A stretch of DNA of 64,000 nt, from the NCBI RefSeq assembly GCF_009914755.1, contig NC_060934.1; one strand, written 5' to 3'. Numbering within the stretch: position 1 is the stretch's first letter; every line of letters starts with the position of its first letter. A program made the translations under genes and the position numbers. This DNA comes from the human T2T-CHM13v2.0 reference genome, Homo sapiens. Below, piece after piece: positions 1 to 14,350 of the stretch. The notes under the pieces are model-generated. The model did no database searches. It was given only the letters and a program-made list of their open reading frames with translations, and was not told the origin of the DNA.

Positions 1-460
1 CTTAACCCTGCAATGCTTCTCCACCCTGCCAGGGGAAGTTCCTTCCTGTAGGGGAAGTTCCTTCCTGTAGCAGCTGCTGAAGTCAGTTTGCAGCTTTTCC
101 AACACTTGTAGAACCAACTCTATTCCATCTCTCTCAGAGACACCAGCACCAACCAGACACTACCTGCTTAGAGGATTGGGCCCAGGCCCAAAGGTCCCCT
201 CTTTTGAGCTCAGACACCAGCACCAGCAGTCTGAGTTTCACCTCTGCAGTGTCCCTTCTCCAAAGATTTAAAATTTGAATAATTCCCATTTCTTCCCTTT
301 GTTCCCCAGCTCTAGGGTAGGAACTGCTTACTACGTGTGCTACCTTAATGATGTATAGTTAAAGGCTTTATACCTAATTTACAATTCTGTATGTTAAGTA
401 TTCTCTGTAAACATTACAGGTATAATTTCCACCTCCTGATTGAACCCAAGCTGATCTAAA
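1..460. mobile_element. Old ERVL-class LTR fragment (LTR41/LTR52-like), approximate
   Basis: End resembles ERVL LTR termini (ttctctgt...tttccacctcctgattgaacccaagctgat); recognised from memory. Confidence 0.35.
32..69 (+). repeat. Perfect 19-bp tandem duplication (ggggaagttccttcctgta x2)
   Basis: 32-50 is identical to 51-69. Confidence 0.95.
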
Positions 461-758
461 CTCCACCAGAATCAGTGTTGTATGAAAGCCATGATGGAAT
501 GCACCATTGCATGGTTTGTTGGTAAGGCGGTGAGGCTGGTGATGGGAATGGTGACTGTGGTCACGTATGTCTGTGTGGATGCACCCATCGGCCATGTGTG
601 TTTGGTGAACACACTTGTGCTAAGCAGAGTGATCTCCAGCTCGAGGGGAAGGGGACAGAGGGCCACTGAAGACTCAAATATGCAGGAAAGAAAAATAGGT
701 GTTAAGGCTAAAACAATTTAACATATTCCTGCCAGATTTTTCCCAAATTCAGTATTTA

Positions 759-915
759 CAGCCAACTCAAATTATGGTCCCTGGACCAAAACCATCAGCA
801 TCATCTGGGAGCTTGTTAGAAACACAGACTGTCATGCTCCCCGCTAGGTTTGCTAAGTTAGGGTCTTCATGTAACCAGTGATGATTTTATGCACATTAAA
901 GTTAGACAAACTCTG
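759..915. mobile_element. MER5A (hAT-Charlie) fragment
   Basis: catcagcatcatctgggagcttgttagaaa motif typical of MER5A. Confidence 0.7.
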
Positions 916-1195
916 TACTAGAAATGATACATGGATGGGCATGGATGGAACAAGTACTACATCAAGCAAAAATCATATACCTACATTCCATTTCTAATCC
1001 CTAACACTCCTGCTTTTCTGGCTCTCTATATCCCCTCAGAAATAGCCTTCGTTACAAAACTTTCTAAAAATTAGAGATGGTGAAAAGGGACATCTTAGGA
1101 ATCATAGACTTCCTAGGTTAAGCATATTAGACTAAGATGGGGCAGCAATGGAGGAGTCTTTTAGGTGGTGCAATTACTTTAAAAAAGAAAACGGA

Positions 1196-1569
<374 letters not shown>

Positions 1570-2931
1570 TTACTGGGAGAATTAGGGGATAGCAATAGGA
1601 TACAATTGTTCAGGCTAATAGAAGTGCCTGCTAAAAGAACATGGGTGAGGGGGTAACATACCCTCTTGAGCTGTATCTCAGAGGGGGTTGTCCTACAAGG
1701 ATCCAAAAGGGATATGTTGCTGCCTAGGGCTGTTCACATACCTGATCCATCAGTGACACGTCGTCATCAAAAGTGACTCCCTATTCAGGAGCTGAAAATG
1801 TCCCCACAAAAGAAGATTTAAAGATGGGACTTTAAATGTGTAGAAACAGTAGGTTAAGAATCTGGCTTCTATTTTGAGGTAGAGCCAGGGCAGAGGGGTC
1901 ATTTACAAACACTGGACTCTCTTATGCTTCCACAAGGTTGGAGACTTGGGATAACCTCTTACTGAGAAATGCTTCTAGACCTGGGAGGCCCAAGTGGGGG
2001 GCAGTGAAAAATTAGACACAGGGTGTGTCCCCTGAAATCTTTTTCTGAGAATCACCAGAGGCACAAAGTTCCAAATAAAAAGCTGAGGAAATTTGGATCT
2101 CTGCCAAATATTTTGCTGTCTTGCTCTCTGTAACATTGTGGCCTACCAGAAAATTCTGCAGCACAACAGATGTAGAAGATGCAGAGGGAAAGCATATCTT
2201 TCACAGTTGCTAAGAAAATAGATCACATTTTTAAAAATATCTGATTTGTGTTCTCGGTAAGATAAAGAAGAGCCGTGAAACAAGAAAATGCCATATAAGG
2301 AAGAACAGGTGAGAGAAAAAGGCACCATTTTGAGAAAAAAATAGCATAGCTAAAAATTTTAAAGGCTGACACAAAATATTGAAAGCATTATCAGATTTAA
2401 AATTGGCATTGGGGTCAAAAAAGAATAAAATTGATGGTGCAGAAAAATTGAATTAATGTTGAAGGAAATGTTTGAGAAATTATTCCAGAAATCAGAAGAA
2501 AAGGCCAAGGCTGATAATAATAGGGAGACAAAGATTTATAGGAAGAGAGGAAGGGACAGAGGGGGAGGGGCAAGGGAGGGAGGGAAGGAGGGTGAGAAGA
2601 GAAAATGTGTGAAAAAGACAAGAATTTTGAGCTGAATAAAAGAAAATCCCAGACTAAAAGAAGCATCAGTCATCAATAAGGACAAGGTTGATTGTTTAAT
2701 ACCTGGTGCTTCAATAATTGGTGATGAACTACATCTCACCTCATACAATACCTCAAAATAAATCTTATGGATATAATGTAAAACAAATTACATAAAATAA
2801 TTTAATAAACTCGAAGTAAGTATTTACTAACTTGATGCATGGAGGAGATTATTTTGGTCTTAGAAGCAATGAAAAAAATCTCAATAAAAAGCTGGGCAGA
2901 TATGAGGAATTTAAAATTAAAGAGTAATGCA

Positions 2932-3243
<312 letters not shown>

Positions 3244-3929
3244 TCAATAATGGAATAGTGTTTCAGTAAATACAACAATGAGCCCGCAAGTGTCCTTCCC
3301 AAGTGAATTTGGTCAACCAAGGAAGGGAGTGAGAACCAGGATCCAGACTCCTGACTGCCATTTCCAGCTGGAGAAACTAGACAGTGTGCACTGACCATGA
3401 AGAAACCAGAACCACTGGAGGTCATTCTATGCCACATGCATGGACTCAAGATAAAAAGTGCTATGGTTGAACACTGCAACATTTAATCATTCTCCTACAA
3501 GGAACTGACTTATGCAGCTACTAGTGTATTTATTACAATGACCTTAAAATCAATGTGGTTGTTGAACTATGATGCCTACTTTGTTGACCATATTGGTACG
3601 GAAATTTACCAAAACTCAGATTGCCTCCTGAAGGAAATGAAGAACTAAATATAGGAGAAAACTAGCTTGAGATAAGACAGAGAGACTCAAAAGGCAAGTA
3701 GACCCCTGCCAATTGTAATTTGTCCTGAAATCTACGTCTAATACAGACTAAGAGGAAAGGACTTGTGAGACTAGATGCTTTTTCTCTTTTTTCTTTCTTG
3801 GAATATACAGCTTTTATTTTTCTCTACATTTCCTCTTCTCTTTCTCTTCTTTGTCCGTTGCTTATCTTTTCTCATTTTCCCTTTTCCCTTTCTGAGTAAA
3901 ATGATTGCCCATAGGCGTTGTAATGAGAC

Positions 3930-4120
3930 AGAATCCCCTAACCCCCATGCAGTCAGTTCAGCCACTGTTGACTTCGAAACCCTAGATACATTATTTATGA
4001 GTCACAGTTTTCTCTTTTGTGAAATAGAGACAAGAATATCTAGCTTCCAGGATTTTACAAGGATTAAATGAAATAATGCATGTAAAGTTCTTGGCAGACT
4101 AGGAGCTCAGGAAATAATGG
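3930..4120 (+). mobile_element. MIR
   Basis: Degenerate MIR core (cagttttctcttttgtgaaatag...aggattaaatgaaataatgcatgtaaag). Confidence 0.65.
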
Positions 4121-4301
4121 TTCCCTTTTCCTTTATACTGCTTCTCCCTCTCAAGTTCTCTATTAGGCTGAGCATTTCTGAGGGTCTCAGGCTAGACAAT
4201 CCATAAAGCTCTACTTGCCAAAAGACAATCTGTCAAATGTCTAGTTACCTTTCAGCAGCAAGGAATAGAGGATAAGATCAGAGTAACTTTACACTGGTAT
4301 C

Positions 4302-4719
4302 TGATGTAGTTTGGATGTATGTGTTCACCCAAATCTCATGTTGAAATGTAATCCCCAATTTTGAAGTTGGGGCTTTGTAGGAGGTGAGTGGATCATGGGG
4401 ATGAATTTCTCATGAATGGTTTAGCACCATCCTTCTTGGTACTGTCCTTGCTATACTGAGTGAAATCTCCTGAGATCTGTTTGTTTAAAAGTGGGTAGCT
4501 CCTACCCACTCTGGTTCTTGCTCCTTCTCTGGCCATGTGATATGCCTGCTCCCACTTTACTTTCTGCTATGATTGGAAGCTTCTTGAGACCTCCCCAGAA
4601 GCAGATGCCACCACCTTTCCTGTACAGCCTGCAGAACCATGAGCCAATTAAACCTCTTTCCTTTATAAATTACTCGTCTCAGGTATTTCTTCATAGCAAT
4701 ATGAGGATAGCCTAATACA
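4302..4719 (+). mobile_element. MaLR solo LTR (MSTA/MSTB)
   Basis: tgatgtagtttgga...cccaaatctcatgttgaaatgtaatcccc...cctaataca; TSD gtatc/gtctc. Confidence 0.9.
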
Positions 4720-7381
4720 GTCTCCTACCCCCAAACACCACCACCTTTCCTGCTCTCTCACCCAACTCCCAAGATCTCACCTCCCCATACCCAGTTTACT
4801 GTGATCTTATCAGTTTAACTTCATTAGGCTGGAGATGGTCAGAGTGTGAAGTACTCCAGATTAAGAGGATTCCAACACATAGACTGTCTGAGAAAGAGAC
4901 TGCTCAACAATATTTACAAAGAGTCAAGGGCTAATTTTTTCAAACTTTGTGTATGAATGTTGCCTAGGGAGTCTACCAGAAATAACAGTCACTTCTTTCT
5001 TCATAGCTGTCCAGATCAGTGGTTCTTTCTTTCCTTCTAAGATAGGCAATAATGATATATTCTCCTCCTTCCAGATACCTCTGGAAATAGGAGATGGGCT
5101 AGATTTCCGCATCTAATGTCCTAGCTTCCTTTCACTGGGAGAAATTACCGTATCATTCTGATCAGGTTGGAAGTTTGACTGTGCTGATGCGCACTGGTGC
5201 AGAGACCAGGGGGCCTAATGTCAAGTTGTAATAGGTTTTTTTCTTGCTGTTAACCTGCTTGACAAATAGGGGATAGGGAGGCAAACCTAAGCTAAAAACA
5301 AAATAAGAGCACATTTCCATAAATAATAGAAAACATATAAATGGGCATTTATTATTCAGCTCAAGTACTGATTGAGCACCTACTAAGACCTGCTAAGATC
5401 TAGAAGGATGAAGACTAACGAAACACAATTATGGTATCAAAAAACTCACTCTCTAGCAGGAAAGACACCTGTGTAAATAAATAAGTACAGCTTAGTTATT
5501 TAATAGTATGCTGTGATAGACATTGTTGTGATAGAAGTCTGAGGGGTACCACTGTGGCATGTTGGAAGAGGCATCAGTTGGGGCGAGGGGCTAACTCCTG
5601 TGGTCCTCTTGAGTGGCTTTGCTGCAGTTCCTTGCATGTTCCACATTGTGTCCCTGAGACCCCATGTTAAATATCAGGGCTTTCTCACTGCTGCTAAAAC
5701 ACCTACCTAGACACCATTTGGCCTTTCAGAATCTTGATAAGTTCTCGTATAGTATCTTATTCAACCGGACTACAATTTCAATTACATCTTCTGAGAAAGA
5801 TGTATTGAATCCAATTTAGGAGAAATGCTGAAATCAGCTTCATAGAATCCAAAATATGTTATCCTTCTTCTAACTCCCACACTGAAGTCCCTAGTAGACT
5901 GCCCAGAGTGGGTGGAATCCACAAATCATTCAGGGAGAAGCGGCATCAAGGCAATTGGGAGACATCGGCCTCACAAAAGCAGCTCATCTTGTCACTGCTG
6001 GGCCGTCTTATTAAATGGCCACAAAAATATACAGTAGGAATCAAAGAAAAGTAAGGGCTGACTGACCTGGGCTATTTGCCCTCACTTTCAGGCCCCTGTC
6101 TTCTGAATTCTCTTTTCACTCTTTTCCAAGAAATTGTCTGATTTATGAATTTTCAAAGGGTGTTTGTGTCAGCTTTTCCTGTGCAGCACATCTCACCATT
6201 GGGTGAAATGCTTCGGAGTGAATTCCAATAAAGGAAGAGTTTTAGTGCCTTTAACCTTGCCATGGTCAATTACATTTGAATTAGAACTGTAGAGTAAAAA
6301 TCTGCAGAGGAGCAGCCGTCGGTTAATGCACACAGTTTGGCATTTTGTGCTTCAGAACACTTGCACACAAACACACTACAGAGGGAAAAATAGTTTCCTT
6401 AGTAACAATTTGAAGACTTTGGAACCACATTTGGATAGAGAGAAGTCACTTGATCTTCAGCTTTGAATGTTAGACAACAAATTTCCATATTGCCATGCAA
6501 ACTGACTCAGCAGGCAAAAAGCTCTCTCTTGTGCTAAGGAATGCGAGCAGTCCTGCCCTTACCCCCCATTTCTGGAAGCTAAATTAATGAGCAGGCTTCT
6601 GCAGTTTTAAAATAAGAGTGCCTTCAATTCTGGCCTAAAAAGACCCAATGCATATGACTGCTTCTCAATGAGAGGGTAACTTAACAAAATTGAAGTTCAA
6701 GGAGATAGAAGAGAGTCACTACTGTCTACAGGTAAATGTGTTAAACGTGCTTAGATACTCAAAAGGTAATTAGCATGTAAATTGAATTCTGAAGAGGTGA
6801 ACACAAATAGTCGTGTCACTAAGGACCTATCTATAGTGGATATTTGGTGCCAGAGTTTGACCTGCAATCCTTTCTCCCAAGGTGATAATGAGCTGTGGAG
6901 GCTCACAGGCACTGATGGGTGGCAATGCTTACAAGGTGAGGTAAGCGGACTTCATGCACACGATCAGTCCCAGAATGTAGCAATGAAGTCACTAACATTA
7001 GCTGCCATCACTTCTTTCAAACACAAAATGTTTTTCCAGAAACCACACTGGTTTAAGGTTGAGCTTTTTGATCTTTTGAAACTGTCAGTGATTCCCAAGG
7101 AATGACTTAGAAATCAAGAGATGAGAAGAGACTTGGCAAGGTACAAAGATGGTGGCATCAAATAACATATATCCTGGACCTAACTACTTATGGAGATACT
7201 TGACCTGAAACTCCAGACCCAGACCCACTCTGTTCTCAAGATTCATCCTAAACTTAAGCAAAAAGGAATCAGGAGATCCTGGCCTATTCTCTGAACTCAT
7301 CGTTAAGACTCCTTTGCTCCAAAGGGTCTGAAGCTCTGGTCATTTAATTCAAAACTTGTCTGTCTCACAGAAGAGGAATAA

Positions 7382-7540
7382 GGTCAGCATGGTGGTGTCC
7401 CTGTAGTCCCAGCTACTTGGGAGGATGAGGCAGAAGGATCTCTTAAGCCCAGAAGCTGCAGTGAGCCATGATCACACCATTACACTCCAGCCTGGGTGAG
7501 AGAGCAAGACCCTGGCTGGAAAATAAGTAAATAAATAAAC
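7382..7540 (+). mobile_element. Alu monomer (FRAM/FAM-like)
   Basis: Single Alu arm cctgtagtcccagctacttgggagg...cactccagcctggg with (TAAA)-type tail. Confidence 0.85.
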
Positions 7541-8440
7541 AGTAAAAGTAAAAAAAGAAATAAAACTTGTTCTAAAGTTGTATTCCTCTCAAAGATTGAG
7601 TCTCTGTCTTGCTTTTGCCAGGGAATTTGAATTCTCTCTCTAAACTCCAGGGCAAAAACTAAGGCCTGGCAAAAACCGCAGGGCAAAACCTAAGTTCCGA
7701 CCCCTTCTTTTCAAAGTCCAGCTGAGAATGGCTGGTGGAAGGCCTGATCCCCACTAGACAGACAACAGAGCTCAAAGCCCAGGGAATGTGCTCAGAGTCA
7801 TCGGGGAAGGAAGCCAGAGGAGAGGAACCAAGCTAGCTGGTACAAGAACACAGGTTCTCAGAACAAAGGCAGAGAAGAAGAACCAGGACTTTGAAATAGA
7901 ACCATGCCAGAAAATTATCTTAAAGGAAGCAGTATATATATACACATATATATTTTTTAACTCCAGCAAAACTTGGCTGAAAATACACAAGTACAAAAAT
8001 GGGTCTGTGGCAGTAATGAGATCCTTGGAGTATGAGAGTATCCACGGAGCAAGAAGACAGAAATGAGTTTGCCCAAAGGCCTTTCCTAGCAACCATTAAC
8101 TGGAAGTTGTCCCCTATGTGGCTTGCTTTGGCTCTCCTGTTAAGAGAAGGCTGAACTATTGTATGCTTATTGATTGGATGCCAATCAGCTGCATTGGCAT
8201 TTTAAGACCTGCATGTTCTGGCTCTCTGGCCCCGACTGGCCACTCAGAATCCATCTGTTACTCCTTGTGATAAGTTTTAAAGAGAAATATAGAATACAAT
8301 AAGAACCAATAACGAGGGACATAGCCGAGTCTGTAGAGGTCAGGTGAGCCTATCTGGTGGCATTTAACAGAATATTTGAAGGATGAAGGGGGAATTAGCC
8401 AGAAGGAGAGTGGTGGCTGGGAGCAGTTACCCAGTGAGAA

Positions 8441-8994
8441 TGTTACAGGAAAGGGGTCCCAATCCAGACCCCATGAGAGGGTTCTTAGATCTTGCATAAG
8501 AAAGAATTCAGGGCGAGTCCACAGTGCAAAGTGAAAGTAAGTTTATAAAGAAAGTAAAGGAATAAAAGAATGGCTACTCCACAGACAGAGCAGCCCCAAG
8601 GGCTGCTGGTTGCCCATTTTTAGGGTTATTTGTTGATGATATGCTAAAGAAGGAGTGGATTATTCATGTCTCCTGTTTTTAGACCATCTAGGGTAACTTC
8701 CTGATGTTGCCAAGGCATTTGTAAACTGTCATGATACTGATGGGAGTGTAGTAGTGAGGATGACCAGAGGTCACTCTAGTGGTCCTTTTGGTTTTGATAA
8801 GATTTAGCCAGCTTCTTTACTGCAAGCTGTTTTATCATCAAGGGCTTTATGACCTGTATCTTGTGCCAACCTCCTGTCTCATCCTGTGACTTAGAATGCC
8901 TTAACTGTCTGGGAATGCAGCCCAGTAGGTTTCAGCCTCATCTTACCCAGCTCCTATTCAAGATGGAGTTGTTCTGGTTCACATGCCTCTGACA
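8441..8994 (-). mobile_element. 3' LTR, MER41A
   Basis: Minus strand starts tgtcagaggcatgtgaaccagaacaactccatcttgaatagg and ends cccctttcctgtaaca. Confidence 0.92.
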
Positions 8995-9011
8995 TTTACC
9001 CCCTCCCTTTT
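8995..9011 (-). other. Polypurine tract of the MER41 provirus
   Basis: Minus strand aaaaagggagggggtaaa immediately precedes the 3' LTR. Confidence 0.85.
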
Positions 9012-12000
9012 ATAACAGAACCCTTAATCCTAAGGGTTACAGAAGGATGAAGAGCCATCTTCTGTAACTTCTTCAGGTTGAATAGGGACAATGATATTCC
9101 TGCCTAACTATTAGAGTCTCTTGTGTTCAGCGTAGAGAGGAGCTCAGTCAGAAAGCATCAGTATGGTGAGGGCCATTCATGACTCTTGAGTTTTGACAAG
9201 AGGTGGTATCTGGAAGATTAATAAGTGTTTAGTTTAAGAAAACATTCAGTAAGGTTGTTCTGTATTGCTACACAAAGAGTATAACAGCAATGTATTCCAT
9301 AAGAGTAAAGCAAAATAAGTAAAGTTATTCCAAGTAAACTAAATTAAAAGGTTTTTCATGAACTGGGCAACTGTTGGAACTAAGCTGATATGGGGTTGAT
9401 AGTGGATTGTAATGTGCCCAGAATTAGAATACTGATCCAGATTTTTACATTACCCATTCCTCTTGTTTGTTCTGAGCAACAGTCAGAGATCACTGATTGG
9501 TTCACAGGAATAAGCAGAGTTAGCCTAAATTGCAGAAACAAACTTAAAAACAACTGATGAAACTAGAATGTAATAACAAGTATACCATCATTTTTGAAAC
9601 ATAATATTTTTCTCTTCAGTTTCCCATTTATGGTAAGACTGATTTGCTTTATTATACTTGGCCTGATTATTTGTATAAAGTGCAGCAAGAATAATTATTT
9701 TTTCACATAGGATCCTTTTAAATTGGCTTTTAATGGAATTCTGTTCCATAGAAGGAATTTCAAATAAGACTTTTTTTTAAAGCTGAGCCCAGCCAAGGTT
9801 TTGTACCCTCAAATACCTATGAGTTGGGTAAATTTCTTTGCTCTTGAGGTCCCAAGATAGCCTGGGGCTTCCGGACCTGATAGAAAGTGACATTCTTTAC
9901 TTACCCCAGGTCAGAAACCCTTTACAGGGACTGTGTAGGCAAGGTATGAGGCCAGTTCCCCAAGTGATTTTTATTGGCTCTAAAAGTTAAGTTTAATTCC
10001 TTAAAGGAAAACAAAGGATTCCTGTCAGAGCCTTGGTAAAATAACAAATTTCTCCAATTGTGTCCTGTTAAAAAAGAAAACAGATTCTTATTGCACTTAT
10101 GCAAATAACTATATTGCTATAAGTTAAGAATACTCACAACTAGCTTCCAAAACCTGGAGAAATCAGGTAGAGAGAAACAAATATGTTCCAAATTTTGTTC
10201 ACAGCAGTATACTTTACTCAATTGCTACAAGCTGTAAATAGCTCAAAAGAAAAGTTTCCTTGACTCTGAAAAACAGAACAAAGGATCAGCAACATTTTAA
10301 GAAAAGTTAAAAAGATTACTTCAGTTTTCTTTTGGTTCAGCTAATTCAGTTAACTCCTGTTCTATTTGATATTCATGAACATTCCAGCTCTTCATGAGAG
10401 TTCTGAAAGTTGTTTCCTCTATTCTGTTACAATTTTCAAAGTTATCAGAAAACCTGCAATTAAGAATACCTGCTAGAGTTCTACAGTTGATTATAAACCA
10501 CCTTCTAAAGAGGAATAAAACAAAACAACAATTGTCTATGGATAATAAAAAGTTTTAGGACAGCCACTATTAAAGCCACAATTGATAAGGAAATTTGGTT
10601 ACTTCTGTGGTACACAAAACTTTACATAACAATTATAATTATTAATAACATACACAAAGTCATATAAGAATTATAGGAGTTTCCCATAACTTTAGATCAT
10701 ATATCAATAACACAATTACACAAATATAGTCCAAAGAAAGTAAAACACCATTTCCCATTTGATAATGCTTCCTGTATGATTTTTATACCAAATAAGCCAA
10801 GTTTCACCTTTACATTAATGTACTATTAATGTCAAACCCAATTTTTAATAAAACCTTGTAGACATATTTACCCAATTTTAATGTTTAACCATAAGGTGAG
10901 ATTCTCATAAACTTTTTATAGCCATTTACATTTTTTTGTGAAAGAGCAGATCAGTGCTCTAAGGAAAACCTGTTGTGCTTCTATTCCAATGTTTAGTTTA
11001 TGGAAAAACTGAATAATACCCTTTCAACTTTAGCCAATATGTTCACACACAAAATCTCTTACAATTAATTTTTATAAACCTTCCACAACTTGTTTAAGCC
11101 TTTAGATTTTTTTCTTATTTAAAACAATTATGTAACCCTTTAGGCAAAAAAATCCACATTCCCATGCTTTCTTATAATCTTTTACCAAAAGTACTTTCTA
11201 CTTGCCATACACAGCCTATATGTAAAACTGTTTTTTTAATAGTCTTAATTACATGTTACAATGTTAACTTTTAGCGACTTTTACTTTTGGTAAAAACCCT
11301 GGTTAATAAGCAATTTTAATTGTGTACTAGGTGTGGAGCCTAGCCTAGGACACACCAGGCAGAAGTGCAGATAAGTGCAGCATAGCTAGGGGGCGTGGCT
11401 AACTCCACATGTCCCCAGGCCTTATCTAGAATCCAATGTCTCCAAGGTAGGTAAATTGAACAATTTTCAAAAGTCAAAGAAACAGTTTGACCTTAAGGCA
11501 TTTAGAAAATCTGATGTCTGACCTTAATTTAGACTAGATGTTTACATTTTCAAAACATTTTATTTTGCCAATGATCTTTAAAACTGTCTTTATTTCCAAA
11601 AGAGTACTAAAGTCATGTGAACAAAAAGGCATTAAAGTTTCTATTTATCTGACAAAATATTTGATTTAATCACTTATTTTTCTAAGCTAATTAATTAAAA
11701 CTCTTTTGTATATAAACATACAACACATAAAAATACACAGACAGGCAGAAGATTCAGCACGTATAAGATTTTTCATTTGCCAGTTTCTTAGTTGGATTAC
11801 TGGCTTCAGGGTGGAGCCCTTGGAGGAACAGGGCCAGGAAAGCACGTGTTTTTAGGGCGAAATAAGCAGCTGAAGGCAAAGACAGATGCCCAAAACTCAG
11901 GGTGCCATTTTATACTAGATCCTGGATCCCCAAAAGGAGGGAAATACTTCGGGAGAAGACAGTGAGTGCAGTGCTTTTACCAGCTGTGCATTTCATCGCA

Positions 12001-14330
12001 AGGCAACCCAAAGCCAATCAGCCCATTTTGTAATCAGCCCATCCCTCATGTAAGTCTCATCTCCCAGTGAAGGGTGGGGAGGTTCCCTTATCTTTCAGGT
12101 GGCCAAGAGCATGCTTCTCTGATCCAAGTGTGCAAAGAGTCAAGTAACCCTCCCTAACTACTATTAGTCATCCCTTAAAGTATATTTCCTACCTACTTAT
12201 TACACCCCAAAGCTCTCTCATAATGCAAAGTAATTTCTGACACCCCCAAAACTCAAAACCATCAGATAACACAATGCAAAACAGAACAGATCCTTTGATT
12301 TTGAGAGGGATCTGTCTGCCTTTAATTCCTGGGGTTTTATGAGGAAAACAGAGGTTTGTTTTTCTTTTTTTCCTGAAACGTGGTCTATGGCATCTCCTCT
12401 GTTTTTCCCAAGGAGTCTCATGCTACCAGAAGTTATCTTAGGGCCTCTCATGTGTGCACTAACAGTGGCAAGACAAAAAAAAAAAAAAGGAATAATTCAG
12501 TCAACTGAGAAGAAAAAAACCTTTCTCAGGAAAAACATGTTCCAAGAAGAGAAAAACATAAAGACCTTTTAAATATATCTATAGCTTGTTTATCCATTTT
12601 AATTAAGCTGACTTCTAACCATAGTGCTCTTTAAAAAGGAAATCCTTGCAGATCTCTTATTACCCAACTTTAGCCATGCCAAGCAGCCAATATTTCTAGC
12701 TTCTGAACTCTACCAAAGGTAACCTCCTAGGTGCATAGAGAAAGGAAAATTTAAGACAGTCCATGGAGAAAAGAATAGACAAGGTCACACAGATATTAAA
12801 CCAGAAACGACTTACTTTCTAGGTGGGGAATGGAATCCAGACCGCCACTGTGAAAGCACAAAATGTTAGCTACTGAGCTACATCAAAGGGCAGCCTCTGT
12901 TTTGTTTTTTGTTTTTTTTCCCCAGAAGAAGTTTAGAGTAGTTAATTTTGAGCTTGCAAAGGCTTTTAACTATTTAATATGATTTATAGAGCTAACTATG
13001 ACATGAACCCTAAAATTCCTGTTCCCTGGAATGCAGAGACCAAAAGTACTGCCATGTTGATACAAGGTCAAGCTCCCAAGGACATCAAACAAGGTGGAGA
13101 CTTCATCCAGTTTTTTTGTTTGTTTCAGGGACCTGCAGCCAAGTTTGTTGCTGACCAGCTTGCTGGGTCATCTTGAAAATCAGGCTTATAGGGGTGTTCT
13201 AAGCCCATGTTTTATCCTAAAGTACCCCTCAACACAGAAAAACGAATTAATAGCACAAAATACACCAACTTTAGACTAGACTTAGATATCTTCTTCACAT
13301 TAATCAGAACTTTACAGAGGAAATAAACACTGTTTCCCCGCCGCCCCCCCCATTCATTCAACTGTTTACACACAGAGAGAGAAGCCAGAAATCTGATTGG
13401 TAAGAAATTGTTACCCTTTGGCTGGCATGCCTGGGTTCTGGGTTCCCTTTCCCTGAGTGGCCCTAGTGATCTGACTTGCAGCACCATCATCCTGGGGACC
13501 AAGCCACATCATAAAGGAAAATTGTTGTTGTTGTTCTTTTCTTCATTCTGCCCAGAGCAAAATACATGTGATAAAACATAGACATTAGTCACTTTGCTTA
13601 GCACCCAATAAAAAAACTGTCAAGGCTTAAATTTGCCCCCAGATGGGCCCTGTCATCTTTAATCCAATCTCCGACTTGGAGTTTCAACATGTGGTCTCTG
13701 GGCAAGATGGTCACCCTGAGTAAAAGAAAAGATAAGAAAGGGAAAGGAGAGAGAGGAAAACATTGCCTGTGGCAGGGTGGGGAAGGCAAAAATGATCAGA
13801 GAAGCCAGAGAAAGACCCTCCCATTGCAGCGACACTAAAAAGTTCAGGCAGCTGCTTCTTGGCAGCAAAGGGATCTTTTCCAGCAATCCTATTAGCTCTC
13901 AAGTTTCCCCTTTTTGGGAGGAAAAACTCCCCATGTCCCAAGATCCTGTACATGCCTAACCCTGTCACCCACAGCCATCAACACAGAGTACAAGGCAGAT
14001 GAATCCAAAGAGAATAGCAGTTAACATCTCATAGTGTCAAACCTGTGCTTAGTCCAGAGGGACTTTACTGAGAGGGGCCTCTAAACCCCTAAATCTTAGA
14101 AAGGACTCTAACTGTCCTAACTTGCGCCTCTAACCCAAGGTCAGTCAAGCATCCTTGCCTTTTATTAAGAGGGGCCTCTACCCACTCTGTCTTAGGAGAG
14201 ATTCTAACTTCCCTAAGTAGGGCCTCTAACCCAATCCCATTCTTTACCCAGGTACCCCACCATTTACCCAAAGTCATGTCATCAGTGGTACACTGTATTT
14301 CCTTTGGGTTGGGGGGGTCTCCTCAGTATT

Positions 14331-14350
14331 GTCCCTTTTGTGGTTCGCAA
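14331..14350 (-). other. Degenerate primer binding site (tRNA-Arg-like)
   Basis: Minus strand ttgcgaaccacaaaagggac resembles the class I ERV PBS tggcgaccacgaagggac. Confidence 0.55.

Noticed and set aside
14070-14235. Repeated gaggggcctcta...cctaa units resembling a repeat-spacer array
   Set aside because: Degenerate tandem repeats of the MER41-int leader; eukaryotic context, not CRISPR
8995-14330. gag/pol/env genes within the provirus
   Set aside because: No long ORF or recognisable retroviral protein motif; consistent with a non-autonomous MER4-group element
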